DNA of 64,000 nucleotides from Octopus vulgaris (GCA_951406725.2 OX597816.1:137950001-138014000), one strand, 5' to 3'. Positions 40,668-55,486 are shown, counted from the stretch's first letter. Numbers and translations are program-made. Notes: generated from the letters alone by a model not told the origin.

Positions 40668-40900
40668 GCGGCGAGCTGGCAGAAACGTTAGCACGCTGGG
40701 CGAAATGCTTTGTGGGTGGTATTTGGTCCGCCGCTACGTTCTGAGTTCAAATTCCGCCGGGGTCGACTTTGCCTTTCATCCTTTCGGGGTCGATAAATTA
40801 AGTACCAGTTACGCACTGGGGTTTATGTAATCGACTTAATACCTATGTCTGTCCTTATTTGTCCCCTCTATGTTTAGCCCCTTGTGGGTAATAAATAAAT
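40668..40900 (+). mobile_element. SINE A1 inserted next to the microsatellite of a minus family-B SINE (about 40380-40660)
   Basis: Match to A1; flanked by tatgtatgtatgc on both sides. Confidence 0.88.
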
Positions 40901-40916
40901 ATGTGTTATGTATGTA

Positions 40917-40965
<49 letters not shown>

Positions 40966-43177
40966 TATAGGTAAATACATGAATGGGATAAAGACTGTAA
41001 TATTACGCCATAACACCAGCTCTTCTCAAACACCGCGAAAATCTGTATGACACTATTATTCACACAATTTCCTAACATCCAAATACTAACTTTCATCGGT
41101 TCAATAGAACGCTACTTAACGAGAACGATATCTTTCTACTCCTCATAATAGGAGGGAAGTCATATGATTTTATCCCTACCGCTTACACGTCACTAAAAAT
41201 AGAGCCAAGTATTTCATGAAATCCTATCAGCACACAAATACAATAAAATTTTTAATGCATCCAACATCACTGTTATTTATTCTTATCTAGACGACACTGC
41301 TTTAAGCATTACACCGCAATGCCTAACCACCAACTTGCAAGTGCTGAAATAAAACTCTTTCCCGCCCACCGGGTGTCTTAGATCGTCTTATGAGTGACAT
41401 AACAGGAGGTGCTCTATATGATTCAGACGTATATCCTGTATATTCTGTATTTTCTTGGGTAAAAGAAAATACAGGAAGATCAATTAGTTATGATTTCATT
41501 CTACATATTCCCCCTCCTCTCAGATTCACACACTTATTGCAGCAGTCCTTCAGTTTTTCTAAGCCCTGTTAAAAAAAAACTCCGCAGGTTGGACCTCCAA
41601 TCAGGCCTTTCACGATATCCTTAAAGTCAGGAAATGTTCAGTATCCCTTCTTATTGACCATGAATTACACCACTTTACTGTTTACGGAAGAGCTATGTGG
41701 CTGACCATTAACGACTCTATGGAATGTTATGATCAAGCTCATTGCAGGTATCACTATTGCATCTTTTTCTCAGGATAGCATTATCTAAAGTACCCTTTCT
41801 TTTTTTGTAAGCATGTGGGATTGCGCTATGACAGGATTTTGTTTGCTACTTCTGTCAGATTGAGCAACCATGTAGAGCTTCACCCACCTAATCTATGGAA
41901 ACATGTGATGGTGTACTTGATTTCCAGTGGAGGCAGTTTTGATCCTACTAATCACCTACTAGCGACTTCACTTCTAAGCTCAGACTTCTTCACTGTAGCG
42001 TTTACTAATGGAGGATATGTTTGATCCGCATATTTTTATGCTGCGTAGCAAGTTGAAGTTATCTCTTCACTTGTCTTTCCATTTATAACATTGCTTAATA
42101 TAATTTCCCCCAAAGCTTTAACCCTCTCTCCTCACTTCATCTGACAACATATTTTCACCAACAGGCATTTGCTTACACAAGACTGTTTTGAACATCAGCT
42201 ATATTGATCCAATCAGTTAGCGATGGCTTTCAAACCACATGGTCACTTCGTTCTTCGAGAGCATACTCACTCAACGCAACTCATTATATTCCCAGAAAAC
42301 CGTTTTCCATAGACTAAACTAAAGATCAATAATTTGTTGACGGAATATTATAAACATTAGATCTCATTCTATGTCAAACTGTCACACTAGTGTTTATTTT
42401 GGCAGCAGTCTATGAACAAGGTCTTAAAACATCTACTTATTTAAATGTATGCCGCTGTCAACAGACATAACACTCACACTTAATTTGTGTGCTTTGCTAT
42501 TTTGTTTTCAAGTTGGAAGTAAATAGCTATCTTCCTAATCTGTAATAATAGTAACCTCTATGTCTTTCCTTCAGATGACCTCGTAATAAAAGTTGAAAAT
42601 GAACTTAATCATTCTGAATATTAACAATGCTAAACAAAGTGATATTAACCAGAAGAGGTGAGGAGTGTAATAACCATTCCATGCCCTCATAGCAGATGAA
42701 CATAAGATATTACTACACAAATACTTTTATATAATACATCCGTGCTTCACCGGAAACTGACGTTATTAATAATAATCCACTTCCGGAAAACAGCGAGAAA
42801 CGATATTTCAATGTTTTTATTGATTCGTCCGCCAAACTGTTAGAATCAGCAGCAGAAATAGCGAAAATAATATTGCCACTAGATGTTACTTCATTATTAT
42901 TATTTTTTATTATTTTTTTTTTTTTGCTGCTTCACTCTCTTACTGACATTGACCATAAAACTTTTGTTCATGGTGCTATTTATCTTCTTGATTGCTTATT
43001 TGTGTTATTTTTACCAAAACTAAGCGATCTGAAAAGAAAATACGAAAATACACATATGAGAAAAGAATGCATACACATACACCACACACACAGATACACA
43101 AACACAGACGCACACACACACACATAAATATATATATGTATATATATATACACGGTACATATAAAAAAAAAAAAATG

Positions 43178-43213
<36 letters not shown>

Positions 43214-43214
43214 A

Positions 43215-43313
<99 letters not shown>

Positions 43314-43644
43314 TCCACCTATTTCTCTCTCACTCTCTATATATGTTTGTGTGTGTATCTACAGATAAGTATATATATATGTGTGTGTGGGTGGGGTGGG
43401 GCTTGTATATGCATGTTTGTTCGTCTGTGTATGCAAGTATGTATTTTTCCTCCATCACAGCTGGACAACCGGTTTGGGAGTGTTTACGTCCGCATAACTT
43501 AGCGGTTCAGCAAAATGAACCGATAGAATAAGTAGCAGGCTTAAAATACAAAAAAAAAATAATAAGTACTGGGATCATTCAATGAAATTCTTCAATGTTA
43601 TGCCGCAGCATGGCCACAGTCTTATGACTGAAACAAATAACAGA

Positions 43645-43810
43645 TGGCGCAGGAGTGGCTGTGTGGTAAGTAGCTTGCTAACCAACCACATGGTTCCGGG
43701 TTCAGTCCCACTGCGTGGCATCTTGGGCAAGTGTCTTCTGCTATAGCCCCGGGCCGACCAATGCCTTGTGAGTGGATTTGGTAGACGGAAACTGAAAGAA
43801 GCCTGTCGTA

Positions 43811-43887
<77 letters not shown>

Positions 43888-44108
43888 ATGTATGTGTGTG
43901 TGTGTCTGTGTTTGTCCCCCTAGCATTGCTTGACAACTGATGCTGGTGTGTTTACGTCCCTGTCACTTAGCGGTTCGGCAAAAGAGACCGATAGAATAAG
44001 TACTGGGCTTACAAAGAATAAGTCCCGGGTCGATTTGCCCGACTAAAGGCGGTGCTCCAGCATGGCCGCAGTCAAATGACTGAAACAAGAAAGAGTAAGA
44101 GTAAGAGT
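43645..44108 (+). mobile_element. SINE family B, young full-length copy, after an older 3' fragment (about 43440-43640)
   Basis: Near-identity to 24162 and 57952 copies; tail (agagta)n. Confidence 0.92.
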
Positions 44109-44570
44109 ACGATGAAAGGTTATGAACGCGGCGAACATTTCCAGAGGTTGAGTAGGTTTTGAATTAAGACACTATTAACGAGAGAGATAATGTAAAGCCA
44201 TTCTGCCCGGCGCTTTCCTGGTTCGGTTATCTCTGCTATCCTACTCTTGGATATACTCTAAACGATTCGCTCTATACAGTTATTCGCTAGTTATCTAGAA
44301 GTTTAACCCAGGTGGAGCCATATCGTCATTTTCTGCAGCATTTTGCATTGTTTATATGATGACGGTGGCAGTTCTCTGCGTCCGAATATCTAGTCTCTGT
44401 TCACCGACTTTAAAAGAGGAAAAAGATATATTAGGTAATGTAATCCGAGATAACAGCCTCTCCTCATAAATAAATACGAATGAGCCATGGTTGGAATGTT
44501 TTTAATCATAGGTCTGCTCGATTACATTTGGCCTAAGTCTGAACAACAAGAGCAACCAACAACGGCAGTG

Positions 44571-44760
44571 TGGAGGCGCAATGGCCCAGTGGTTAGGGCA
44601 GCGGACTCGCGGTCGTAAGAACGCGGTTTCGATTCTCAGACCGGGCATTGTGTTTATTGAGCAAAAACACTTAAGCTCCACGAGGCTCCGGCGGGGAGGG
44701 GTGGTGAACTCCGCTGTACTCTTTCACCACAACTTTCTCCCACTCTCTCTTCCTACTTCT
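44571..44760 (+). mobile_element. tRNA-derived SINE head, separate family
   Basis: ggaggcgcaatggcccagtggttagggcagcggac...ggtttcgattc: A and B boxes, no intact cloverleaf. Confidence 0.6.
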
Positions 44761-45229
44761 GCCACAAAGCAGAGGAACCATGGCGTAACCCACTATGGCG
44801 TGGTAAAATTTCACAACCTAGTCTAGATTGCGAATCCTCTGTACCCCAGGATAGTTCAGCTCTCCACCCGTTAAAAGCCACCGTTTACGGAATGAAGATA
44901 ACAACGTAGCTTTCGCGCTCGTGCAACCGCCGGTCCATCGCTTGTGGTGGGTGGATCTTCAAGATGCCACACGCATTCTTAGTAGCTTAAAGTAGGCTCG
45001 AATTAGAGATTATTCCTTGTGGCTAATGGCGTGAGTCCTGATTGGAAGAAGAAGAAGAAGAAGAAGAAGAAGAAGAAGAAGAAGAAGAAGAAGAAGAAGA
45101 AGAAGAAGAAGAAGACAACAGCGACAACAGCAGCAGTAGCAGCAGCATCAGCAACAACAACAACCGCAGCAGCAGTAGCAGCACGAACGACGACAAAAAC
45201 AGCAGCAATAACCGAAAGATGGTAGAAAC

Positions 45230-45463
45230 CAGTGATTTTCAACCATTTTTTTTTACCTATGGATCCCTTCGATGTAATATAAAGAAAATTTCCTACTGTA
45301 TTTTTATAATAAAATATTATCAGAAATTGTATAAAAAAGTTTAAACATTTTGTGTATTGTAGAAATATAAGCCATTTATTGTACGTAAATTTTAACAAAA
45401 TTTTGTATTGCACCCGTTCCCCCACCCCCAAAGGGCCACGCGACCTGGGATTGCGAACCACTG
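45230..45463. mobile_element. hAT-type MITE
   Basis: Ends cagtgattttcaacc / ttgcgaaccactg; 8-bp TSD gtagaaac / gtaggaac (7 of 8 match). Confidence 0.75.
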
Positions 45464-45616
45464 GTAGGAACAGAAGCAACCACCTACTTCATAAACTTGG
45501 ATCACTTTTTATCTTGCAATGTTCTGGAGGAAAGGTTCTGTTGAGTTTGATCAACCGCAATATTGAGGACTGTAATATCGTTCAACTTCGGTTCAGTAAA
45601 GTATTTTGTAAAGTAT

Positions 45617-45683
45617 TAAGGTTACAAAACCTAAGGTTACAAAACCTAAGGTTACAAAACCTAAGGTTACAAAACCTAAGGTT
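45617..45683. repeat. 15-bp minisatellite taaggttacaaaacc, 4.5 copies
   Basis: Four exact copies plus a partial. Confidence 0.95.
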
Positions 45684-45968
45684 TACAGTCCTCTTTTATG
45701 TTTTACTTTCGCTTATACCTCAGGGTTCAACCACAATTACATATTTTTCCACTTCCAGTATTCCCATGTTCAGCGTGAGGGGAGAGAGATAAAGAGAGAT
45801 AGAGAGAGTGAGAGAGAGTATATTATATAGATGAGAAAGGAAAGGAAAAGATATATAGCCTAAGACAAATGCGCAACTGCAAATACACATATACATATAC
45901 GAGCATACACATATGTATACATGTAAATTATATGTGTATGTATGTAAATGTGTATTTGCAGCTATGTG

Positions 45969-46000
<32 letters not shown>

Positions 46001-46022
46001 TGTATGTATGTATGTATGTATG

Positions 46023-46078
<56 letters not shown>

Positions 46079-46262
46079 CAAACATACATACACACATGTA
46101 TATAAGTACAAATATATGCGTATGTATGTGTCTATTTGCTGCCATACATTTGGCTTAGGCTATATATATATCTTTTCTCATCTATTTAATATATTCCTCT
46201 CTCTTACCCTTTCTCTCTCTATCTCTCTCTCTTCTCTTTCTCTCTGTCTCTTTCTCTGTCTC

Positions 46263-46306
<44 letters not shown>

Positions 46307-46567
46307 TAGATATATGTATATATATATATACATACAGAAGTACATACATGCCCATATATTTATGTGTGTGTGTGTATGTATGTAGTATGTGTGTATGTAT
46401 ATATATGGTCAGAGACAGAGAAAGAGTCAGAAGGATAGAAAGAAAGGGAGAGTGAGAGAAAGAGAAAGGGAGAACCAGAAAGAGAGTATGTGTGGAGGAG
46501 AGATATAAATAAATAAATAAATAGAGTGGGTAAGGCAGTGAGAGTGGAAGAAAAAAAGAAAGAAAAA

Positions 46568-46626
<59 letters not shown>

Positions 46627-47054
46627 GTAGATTATACAAAGGCTTCCCCATTTTTTCTCTCGAACTAACTGCTGGCTGTAATTAGGAATGTCAATCTAAC
46701 AATATTTGGGATCTTATTTAAGGATACCGAATACTATCATCGTTTTGCTGGACCCTGAAGGACCATTTTTATTCTGGTCGCATGAAAAAAAGATCTGAAT
46801 ATAGAACGCACATCTTTGGAAGGCATCATCTGTTCTATGGTCTAAGAAATCTTCCAGTCCACCACAATGATTTGGTATTTCACCGACCACGAAAACATGA
46901 AGATAATATTGTCCTACGTAGGATTTGAAAGTAGGTAACACGAAAAGATGGAAGAGAGACTGTAATATCATCGCCAATTCTCCTTTCCAAATATATCCAT
47001 GTATACACACACACACACACACACAAATGTACATATACATATATTTATGCACAC

Positions 47055-47111
<57 letters not shown>

Positions 47112-47148
47112 TTTATGCATACATATACACACACACACACACACACAT

Positions 47149-47179
<31 letters not shown>

Positions 47180-47323
47180 AATACACACATTTTTATGTGC
47201 ATATATATATATACACACATGTACACGTATATGTGTATTTATATATATATGTGTATTTCTCTCTCTCTCTTTCTCACTCTCTCTCTATATATATATTTAC
47301 ACACAGACACACGCACACACACA

Positions 47324-47369
<46 letters not shown>

Positions 47370-50300
47370 CATACATACACATATATATACACACATATAT
47401 ACACACATACGTAGACACACATGTGTATACAATGTCTAAAGATATACATATACATATATATGCATATATATATGTATATACGTATGCGTGTGTGTGTGTA
47501 CACGTGTTCTTATGTTGTTGTGAATGCAATGGTGTGTGTGTGTGTGTGTGTGTGTGTGCGCATGTATGTGTTTGTGTGAGTGTCTGTGTGTGTTTCTGTG
47601 TCTGTCTGTCCACCGTCAATACGTTATAGAATTTATGTTGATTACATATGTATCCTTCTAGAAATAACTATATCAAAGGTTTGTATAATATTTCCAAAAT
47701 CCGTCTGGCTTTTTATTTCTTAGAGAAAGATCTATTTTGGAATTCGATACATCAAACCTCCTCTGGGCCTTCAACAAAAGAGGGGGAAGGGTGTGTTCGG
47801 TAGACTATTTTAGAACAGATTGTAGACATCTAATTATTGTTGGCGATTCTTAACTCTTTAATTTCTTACATTAAAGTATTTGGAAGTTATCCGAAACGAC
47901 TCTATATATCTGCATTAATACCCGCTAGCTGTTATTTGCATTGCCAGCCTGTATTCATATTCACAGCCATTTATATTGTCAGCATATAGCCAACCTTTAA
48001 GTCACACAATACTCTGGTAACACAAATATTCCGGTTATATTCTCCTATAAAATTAGAATGCTATTATTCATAAATTTATATTCTAAATATCATTCCATTG
48101 ATTTATAGAGAAATATCAGTTGACACTCTACCTCAGTTTTAGCCCTGAAAAAATAATGTATGACATAAAACAAAGTGTATTGCCTGCTTGCAATGCTGTT
48201 AAAGATTGTAATAAAGATATTTCTTTAGCGTAGATTTACAGTGAATGATGAGTGTCAGTTAGAGAAGGAAGAACTGAGGAAATATGTAGAATAGCTGAAA
48301 ATGCAAGTCTGAGTAAATTGATGTAAATGGTAAGAAGGGAAAACAAATTTATTTTCTCATAATCTGCAGTGTGTGTGTCGTCGTAAATTCTTTCTTTCCC
48401 CGACCAATCCCCATACAGCATTTATATTACATTTGACCATTTCTGAAGAGAGGAGATTTATAATATTTATCACTGGAGGATAAAAACAAAACATAATATT
48501 TCAGCCAACGCGTTTCTGGTTTAGTGATCATTCCATACACACGTGGATTCATTTATAATCTTCTTGTTTGAATCTGTTCCTGGAAGAGAATTGGAAATCA
48601 GAGCAGAGAAGATGACGAGATATATCAGGGGTGGATTGGGCATTTAAGTGAAGAAGGTTAAAGCAAAGGAAAAGATCAGAGTAGAGAAATTATTTCAACA
48701 GCAGTGTGAATAAAGATAAGTCTCACACATGCTTGTCAAGCGTATCGCATATCAGTTAGTTAGCAAGTTAACGTTGTCCCGTCAGCCATTCTACATCTTA
48801 AAGTATAGAATGAATTGGGGGTTCATGCTGGGGAATAAAGATAAGATGACGGAAGGAAATTATGAATGGAAAATCCGGAAAACTGGTGGTGGTGGGAGCA
48901 AGCAGTAATGGGAGAAAGGAAAGGAGAACAATTTGTTTGATAGAATGGAAGAAATAGAGAGAAATACCCAAACGTTGTTAGCAAAAGATTGAGAAATAAA
49001 TAAAACTTGAAAGATGGAAATAATTGAGAGAAAGAAGGACAGATAATAAAAGCGAGAATGAAAGAAAACAAGATAACAACATGATTGATATATTTGCATT
49101 CAATCTATTAGGTTAGTTTATTTTTATGGTTGAAGACGCGTGCTGAAAAAAAAAATGAACGACTCCACTGGGTTGAAAAGTGAGGCAGTGAGGGTTTGTA
49201 ATTGGTTCTTGTGTTTTCTTTTTAGAACCCAGAACCAACGTTCTTCTATCCAAAAGCTTCACGCATGTGCTGTCTACACGGTAGCTCTTAAATTACACAC
49301 GCTACGAAACATCAATTAAGTCAGCTTCAGCGTCCTTTATGAGCAAAAATAAAATTGCAGAGATGTAGAGGTAAGAGGGCGGGGAATATATAGAATTATA
49401 GAGCAGTTGTAAAATTAGACTGCTGTGAGTTTCTGATGTATACTAGAGCTATAATGTACAATATTCACATCGATTGACATAAAACACAAACTGTGTTTTT
49501 AACGAGAGCTTAATGAATTTAATATTCAATATAAGAGTATATATCGACTTTCAGCGTGGACAGTACACAACTGATAATGATGTCTAATAGTCAATTAAAA
49601 ATGGAATCTTAATGGATAGTGCACTTATACGAATAAGTTTGCGCGAGGTTTGTGAGGAAAATAGTGATAGGTCAACGGAGATAACTCACTATTGGTCTTT
49701 TCTCTATGTTTCAGTCCAATAGTATTTCTGTCTACTTCTTTTAATCAAGTCTTCAATAATGAGAATTTCATCTGAAAGCGAAATCATTTCGTTTAGTATT
49801 TTCTACAAATGTTGTCAACATTATACAGATGCATCTATATACAAGCGCTTAACTGAATAAGCATCGACAAAAATCAGTTAACACGCAAATACTTTTCATC
49901 AAGTTTATATTTCTGTTTGAAACAGTGTATAAAATGGAGCTTCTCTCTCTCTTTCCCCTCTCTCTCTCTTACCCTCTCTCCCCCTCTCTCTCTGTTCCCC
50001 TCTCTCTCCCTCTCTCTTCCTCTCTCTATATGAGAAAAAAATTATATTATTATGTTTTCTCTGACTTTTTTTGTTTTCCACAGGCGCTCATTCAAACTCC
50101 ATGCATAAAGAGCGAACGAAGTAGGCCGTTTTCAGCCGTTTTAATTAATAGCAGCCACATTTAAACTCCGCATATCATCTAAGGTATTAGAAAAGGCGGG
50201 CTCAGGACAATATAATCTTAAACACAGCATGTCCGGAATAGACTTGGATGGTCACAACAGGAATATCATTCACCATAGGTTTTTTGCTCGATCATAACTG

Positions 50301-50421
50301 ACCTTCTTACTATACAATAAAAACTACCGCAACAATTTTTACTGATTTGGAAAATCCAAACGTAAACCTTATTATTGAGATGATTTTGTTAAGCTATTTT
50401 TAATACTCGTAATACATTTAA

Positions 50422-50490
<69 letters not shown>

Positions 50491-50499
50491 GTCAATATA

Positions 50500-50567
<68 letters not shown>

Positions 50568-50569
50568 AA

Positions 50570-50626
<57 letters not shown>

Positions 50627-50627
50627 C

Positions 50628-50669
<42 letters not shown>

Positions 50670-50681
50670 CATCTATTTATC

Positions 50682-52932
50682 TGTGCCGGGCCGGACCATC
50701 CATGACAACCTCCACCTGATGCGCTACATCATAGGCAGGGTAGTTAACGAACCTGGCATGGGTGGGGCGCTGATCAATTTGGATCAATCGAAAGCTTTCG
50801 ATAGGGTAGACCATCGATACTTGGAGGCGGTCCTCAGAGCGGCAGGCTTCGGTCCCGTCTTCCGCAGCTGGATAGCCGCTTTGTACAGAGGCATCCGTTC
50901 GGCAATTCGCGTGAATTGACATCTATCGAGACCATTCGACATCGCACGTTCGGTCCGTCAGGGATGCCCCCTCTCGTCGCTTCTATACGTATTGACTCTC
51001 GAGCCATTATTGCGGAAGCTGGTAACTTTGAGGGGCATCCCGCGAGAACTGGGATGCGGGACGAGCGTGTCTGCATACGCGGACAACGTCACCGTCATAG
51101 TGTCTAGCCACGAGCACATCGAGCAGGTCGGCGAGACACTGAAAAACTACGAAGCGGTGACAGGAGCGAAAATCAACCGGGAAAAGTCAGTGGGCTTGCG
51201 ACTAGGCACCTGGAGAAGCAAGCCCATGCCGTCCACCAGCGCCTCCGTCGTGGAACGCTGGACCGACGGCCCGGTTGAGTTGCTCGGGGTCTGGTTTGGT
51301 CCGGACCTCCAAGTGGAGAAGAACTGGAACGAGATAACGAGTAGGGTGGTCACTCTCGCCCGGCAATGGGCCGAGAGGAAACTGTCCCTAAAAGGTCGGG
51401 CGGAGGTGGCGAACACGTACATCGCGTCCGTCATCTACTACCGCCTGACCGTCGTACCTTGTCCCGACCCTACCATCACCAAACTACAACGCATTCTCTT
51501 TCGCTTCTTGTGGAAAGGATGCGTCCCGATGGTCAGGCGATCCATTTGCTGTCAACACCCGCTAAAAGGAGGGCTGGGCATGCCGTGGTTGATGATGCGC
51601 AGACACGCGCTGAGACTGCGACATCTCTGGCTCTATGTAGACAACGGTGGACAGGTGTGGTCGCCGTTTGTGAGGCACGCTTTCCCGCAGCTCGTCTCCA
51701 TGACCGAACTGCAATCGTGGATCAAAAAGAGGCCGAGGAAGGGCGATTGGCACCGCGAGTGTCGCGTTGCTCTCAAGCAACTCTGCCGTCCCGGATCGAC
51801 CTTGAGTGACTTCAACACAACCAAAGCATTCTATAGGGGATTAGTGGAGGGGAGGTACGACGACGAGCTCGGGGCGAACCTGGACGTCGACGAGGAGTAC
51901 CTGACCCGCCTGTTCAGGACGACTTTCGGGCCAGGGCCCATGGACAACTTCCAGAGATCCCTGGCCTGGCAGTGCTACCGAGAAGCGCTACCCGGTCGGG
52001 ATAAGCTCTACAGACACGGCTCGAGAAACACGGGGCCGACCTGCCCGAGATGCGGTCAGAGCGATGAAACCGTTCTGCACGCACTTCGTGCAGTGTCCAA
52101 CAATTTCCGACCTGTGGGCTTATGTCGAACAACTGCTGTCACGTGTGGGACGAGTCGGTTTATCAGCTGAGTCTATCGTCAATATTGTCACGCCTCCTTC
52201 CTTTAAACGGGAAGGAAGAGCTATTTTCATCATCCTTGTGGCTATGGCGAAAGAATGTATCTGGTGGACGCGTCTGAAAGGATTGGAGACAAACACTTTC
52301 CTCTCTGGTCAATCTCTCATCAACTTCTTCAAGTACCACTTGAAAAGGAAAGTGAGAGTAGAGAGGCAAGTTTTGTCTAGCGAATGTTTTTAAAATGTTT
52401 TAAAGATGGGTGAATGTAGCAAGGATGGCACGTATGAATGACGAAGCCACCTTGAGCATAATCCTATGAACCCAGAAATTGAAAACAGAGGGTTACCCAC
52501 TTGCAAACAAATGTGGTAACATATAACAATATTGACCAAGGTTACCGTGGTCTTTTTCGTAGGTTTTTCTTCCCACGGATAAACCTTACTTGCTTTCCCC
52601 TTTACACCATATATCATAACACTGTGATACACGATCCCTATTGATCGTTCTTTTTTTTCCTCTTCCCCTTTTTTCCCCTTTTTTCTTCTTTTTTCATTTC
52701 TCTTTCCTTTTGTTCCTTTTCCTTTTCTTTTTTTCTTTTTATTCTCTTTTTATTTTATTCATTTTTTTTTGTTTTTGTTCTTTTCTTCCCTTTTACGATC
52801 CCTCTTGATCGAAAACCTACGCCACCCCCTTTTTTTTCTTTTGTTTTTTGTTCTCTTCATCCCCCAAAAGAAAAGCTCTACCTTGTAACTTGTCCCATCT
52901 GTGTGCAGCCCTGTGTGGCCAATAAAGAAACT
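50682..52932 (+). mobile_element. 5'-truncated Tx1/L1-clade LINE (RT, C-terminal zinc-binding motif, T-rich 3' UTR) with 15-bp TSD at the end of a (CTAT)n array
   Basis: [33 protein letters not shown] (YADD altered), GGLGMP, CPRC...H...C; in-frame TGA at 50917, frameshift near 52087; TSD tatctatccatctat at 50662 and 52933. Confidence 0.93.
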
Positions 52933-53224
52933 TATCTATCCATCTATCAATCGAGGGTGGGGAATGCACACATACATACATACATACATACATACATACA
53001 TACATACATACATACATACATACATACATACATACATACATACATACATACATACATACATACATACATACATACATACATACATACATACATACATACA
53101 TACATACATACATACATACATACATACATACATACATACATACATACATACATACATACATACATACATACATACATACATACATACATACATACATACA
53201 TACATACATACATACATACATACA

Positions 53225-53255
<31 letters not shown>

Positions 53256-53624
53256 GTGCATACAACGACGAGGGTCCCAGCTGATACGATCAACGGAACA
53301 GCTTGCTCATGAAATTAACGTGCAAGTAGCCGAGAAATACATAGACACGTGTACCCTAATGTAGTTCACATGAAAATTCAGCGTGACACAAAGTGTAACA
53401 AGACTGGCCCTTTGAAATATTGTACAACTCATTTTTGCCAGCTGTGTATACTGGAGCAGCGTGAAGAAGTGTCTTGCTCAAGAACACAACACGTCGCCGG
53501 GAATTGAACTCATAACCTTACAATCGTGAGTCGAATGCTCTAACCACCAAGCCACGTGGCTTCACACACACACACGAATATATATATACACATGCCAAGC
53601 TTTTTTCACTCATATCTATTTCAA

Positions 53625-53697
<73 letters not shown>

Positions 53698-53768
53698 CTC
53701 TCTATCTCTCTCTCTCTCCCTCTCTCTCTATCTATCTATCTATCTATCTACCTATATATCTATCTATC

Positions 53769-53799
<31 letters not shown>

Positions 53800-54393
53800 A
53801 TATATCTCCCTATCCGTTTGTCCGTCTATCCTTTTCTCTGTCTCTCTGCTTGTCTATCTGCCCGTCTAATTAGATATACATACATGCAAGCATAATAACT
53901 AAGTAAATGATCATCTTCCTAAGAAACAAAGTAAAGCTGTATGATAAAATACTTAAAAATAAATCTATTTTCAAGACATCATACTGAAACAAAAACATTC
54001 TGGTAGACATGAAATGGTTCAACGACAATGATGTATTAAACAAAGTTTCAAATTCTGAACAAAGAGGGAGATATTGTAGATAAACTGTATGTTTTAGACA
54101 TCAGTCTACTTACCTGCATATCTGTATGTTGGCAAGTCTATGCTATGCTATGCTATGCTATGTATGTATGTATGTATGTATGTATGTATGTATGTATGTA
54201 TGTATGTATGTATGTATGAATGTGTGTGTATGTGTGTGGTATAAACTACGGCCGTCTCTCGTATTCGAAGACGTCGATGATACTTGGTACAGCACCCATG
54301 CTTTCTTTAATTGTTTTAGGCGCCTATCTCTTCGTGAGCTGACGTATGATACGTTTCGGCCTTGTCAATCTTGACCCAGCGGAATGTCTAGGA

Positions 54394-54615
54394 TTAACCC
54401 TTTTATTACCAACCCGGCTGAAGCCGGCTCTGGCTCTGTAGTACAAATGTCTTGTTTTCATAAGTTTTGAATTAAAATCTTCCACCAAACCTTAGTCATA
54501 ATTTATGTTCCTAACAGTAGTTGAATGATAACTAAGTTATTTTACTAAATTCTTTGTTATATCTAAAGTAATTGACAGAAACACAGAGCATCTCAAAATA
54601 AATACAGTAACAAAA
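54394..54615 (+). mobile_element. piggyBac-like MITE with damaged right end, probably inside an old RTE 3' fragment (about 54245-54715, minus)
   Basis: Starts TTAA-CCCTTTTATTAC; right end gtaacaaaa lacks the terminal gggttaa. Confidence 0.45.
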
Positions 54616-54869
54616 TACAGTAACAACTGGCAGCGGAGAGTAGAGGACTACTCTGCTCTTAGCTGCCGGTGTTTCATTTTGAAGTCTGGTTTCTATTCTG
54701 TTGGGCTCTAATGTCGAACCGCTAGCCTACGTGGAGGCAATCAAATCAGCAATGGTTATCAACCGGAGTGGAAGGAAACACACACAAAGACATATGCACA
54801 CATACATACATGCATGCATGCATTTATCCACGCACACACACACACACACATACATGTATATGCATTCTT

Positions 54870-55380
54870 TTCTTTTATTCTTTTATTTGTTTCAGTCATT
54901 TGACTGCAGTCAAGCTGGAGCACCGTCTTTAGTCGAACAAATATATCCTCAAGGCTTATATTTTGTAATCCTAGTACTTATTCTATCGGTCTTTTTTGCC
55001 GAACCGCTAGCTTACGGGGACGTCAATACACTAACATTGGCTGTCAAGCGATGGTGGTGGTGGGGGAAACACAGATGCACACAAAAATTTACACACACAT
55101 ACACACATGGGCTTCTTTCAGTTTCTGTCTACCAAATTCACTCACAAGGCTTTGGTCGGCACGAGGCTATAGTAAAAGACACTTGCTCAAAGTGCCACGC
55201 AGAGGGACTGAACCCGGAACCATGTGGCTGGTAAGCAAGAGGAACTCTCACACAGTTTCCGTCTACCAAATTCACTCAAAATGTATTGGTCGACTCGGGG
55301 TGACATTAGAAGATACTCACCCAGGGTGTCATGCAGTTGGACGGGATCCAAAACGTCGCGGTTGCGGAGCGAGTTTACAC
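54870..55380 (-). mobile_element. Family-B SINE plus a second partial head
   Basis: Reverse-complement match to family B. Confidence 0.8.
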
Positions 55381-55413
55381 ACACAAGCTCTCTGTCACAC
55401 ACACACACTCACA

Positions 55414-55486
<73 letters not shown>

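Noticed and set aside
41000-42300. Possible ancient LINE relic (YLDDTAL-like motif near 41284)
   Set aside because: Single motif without supporting RT motifs in frame
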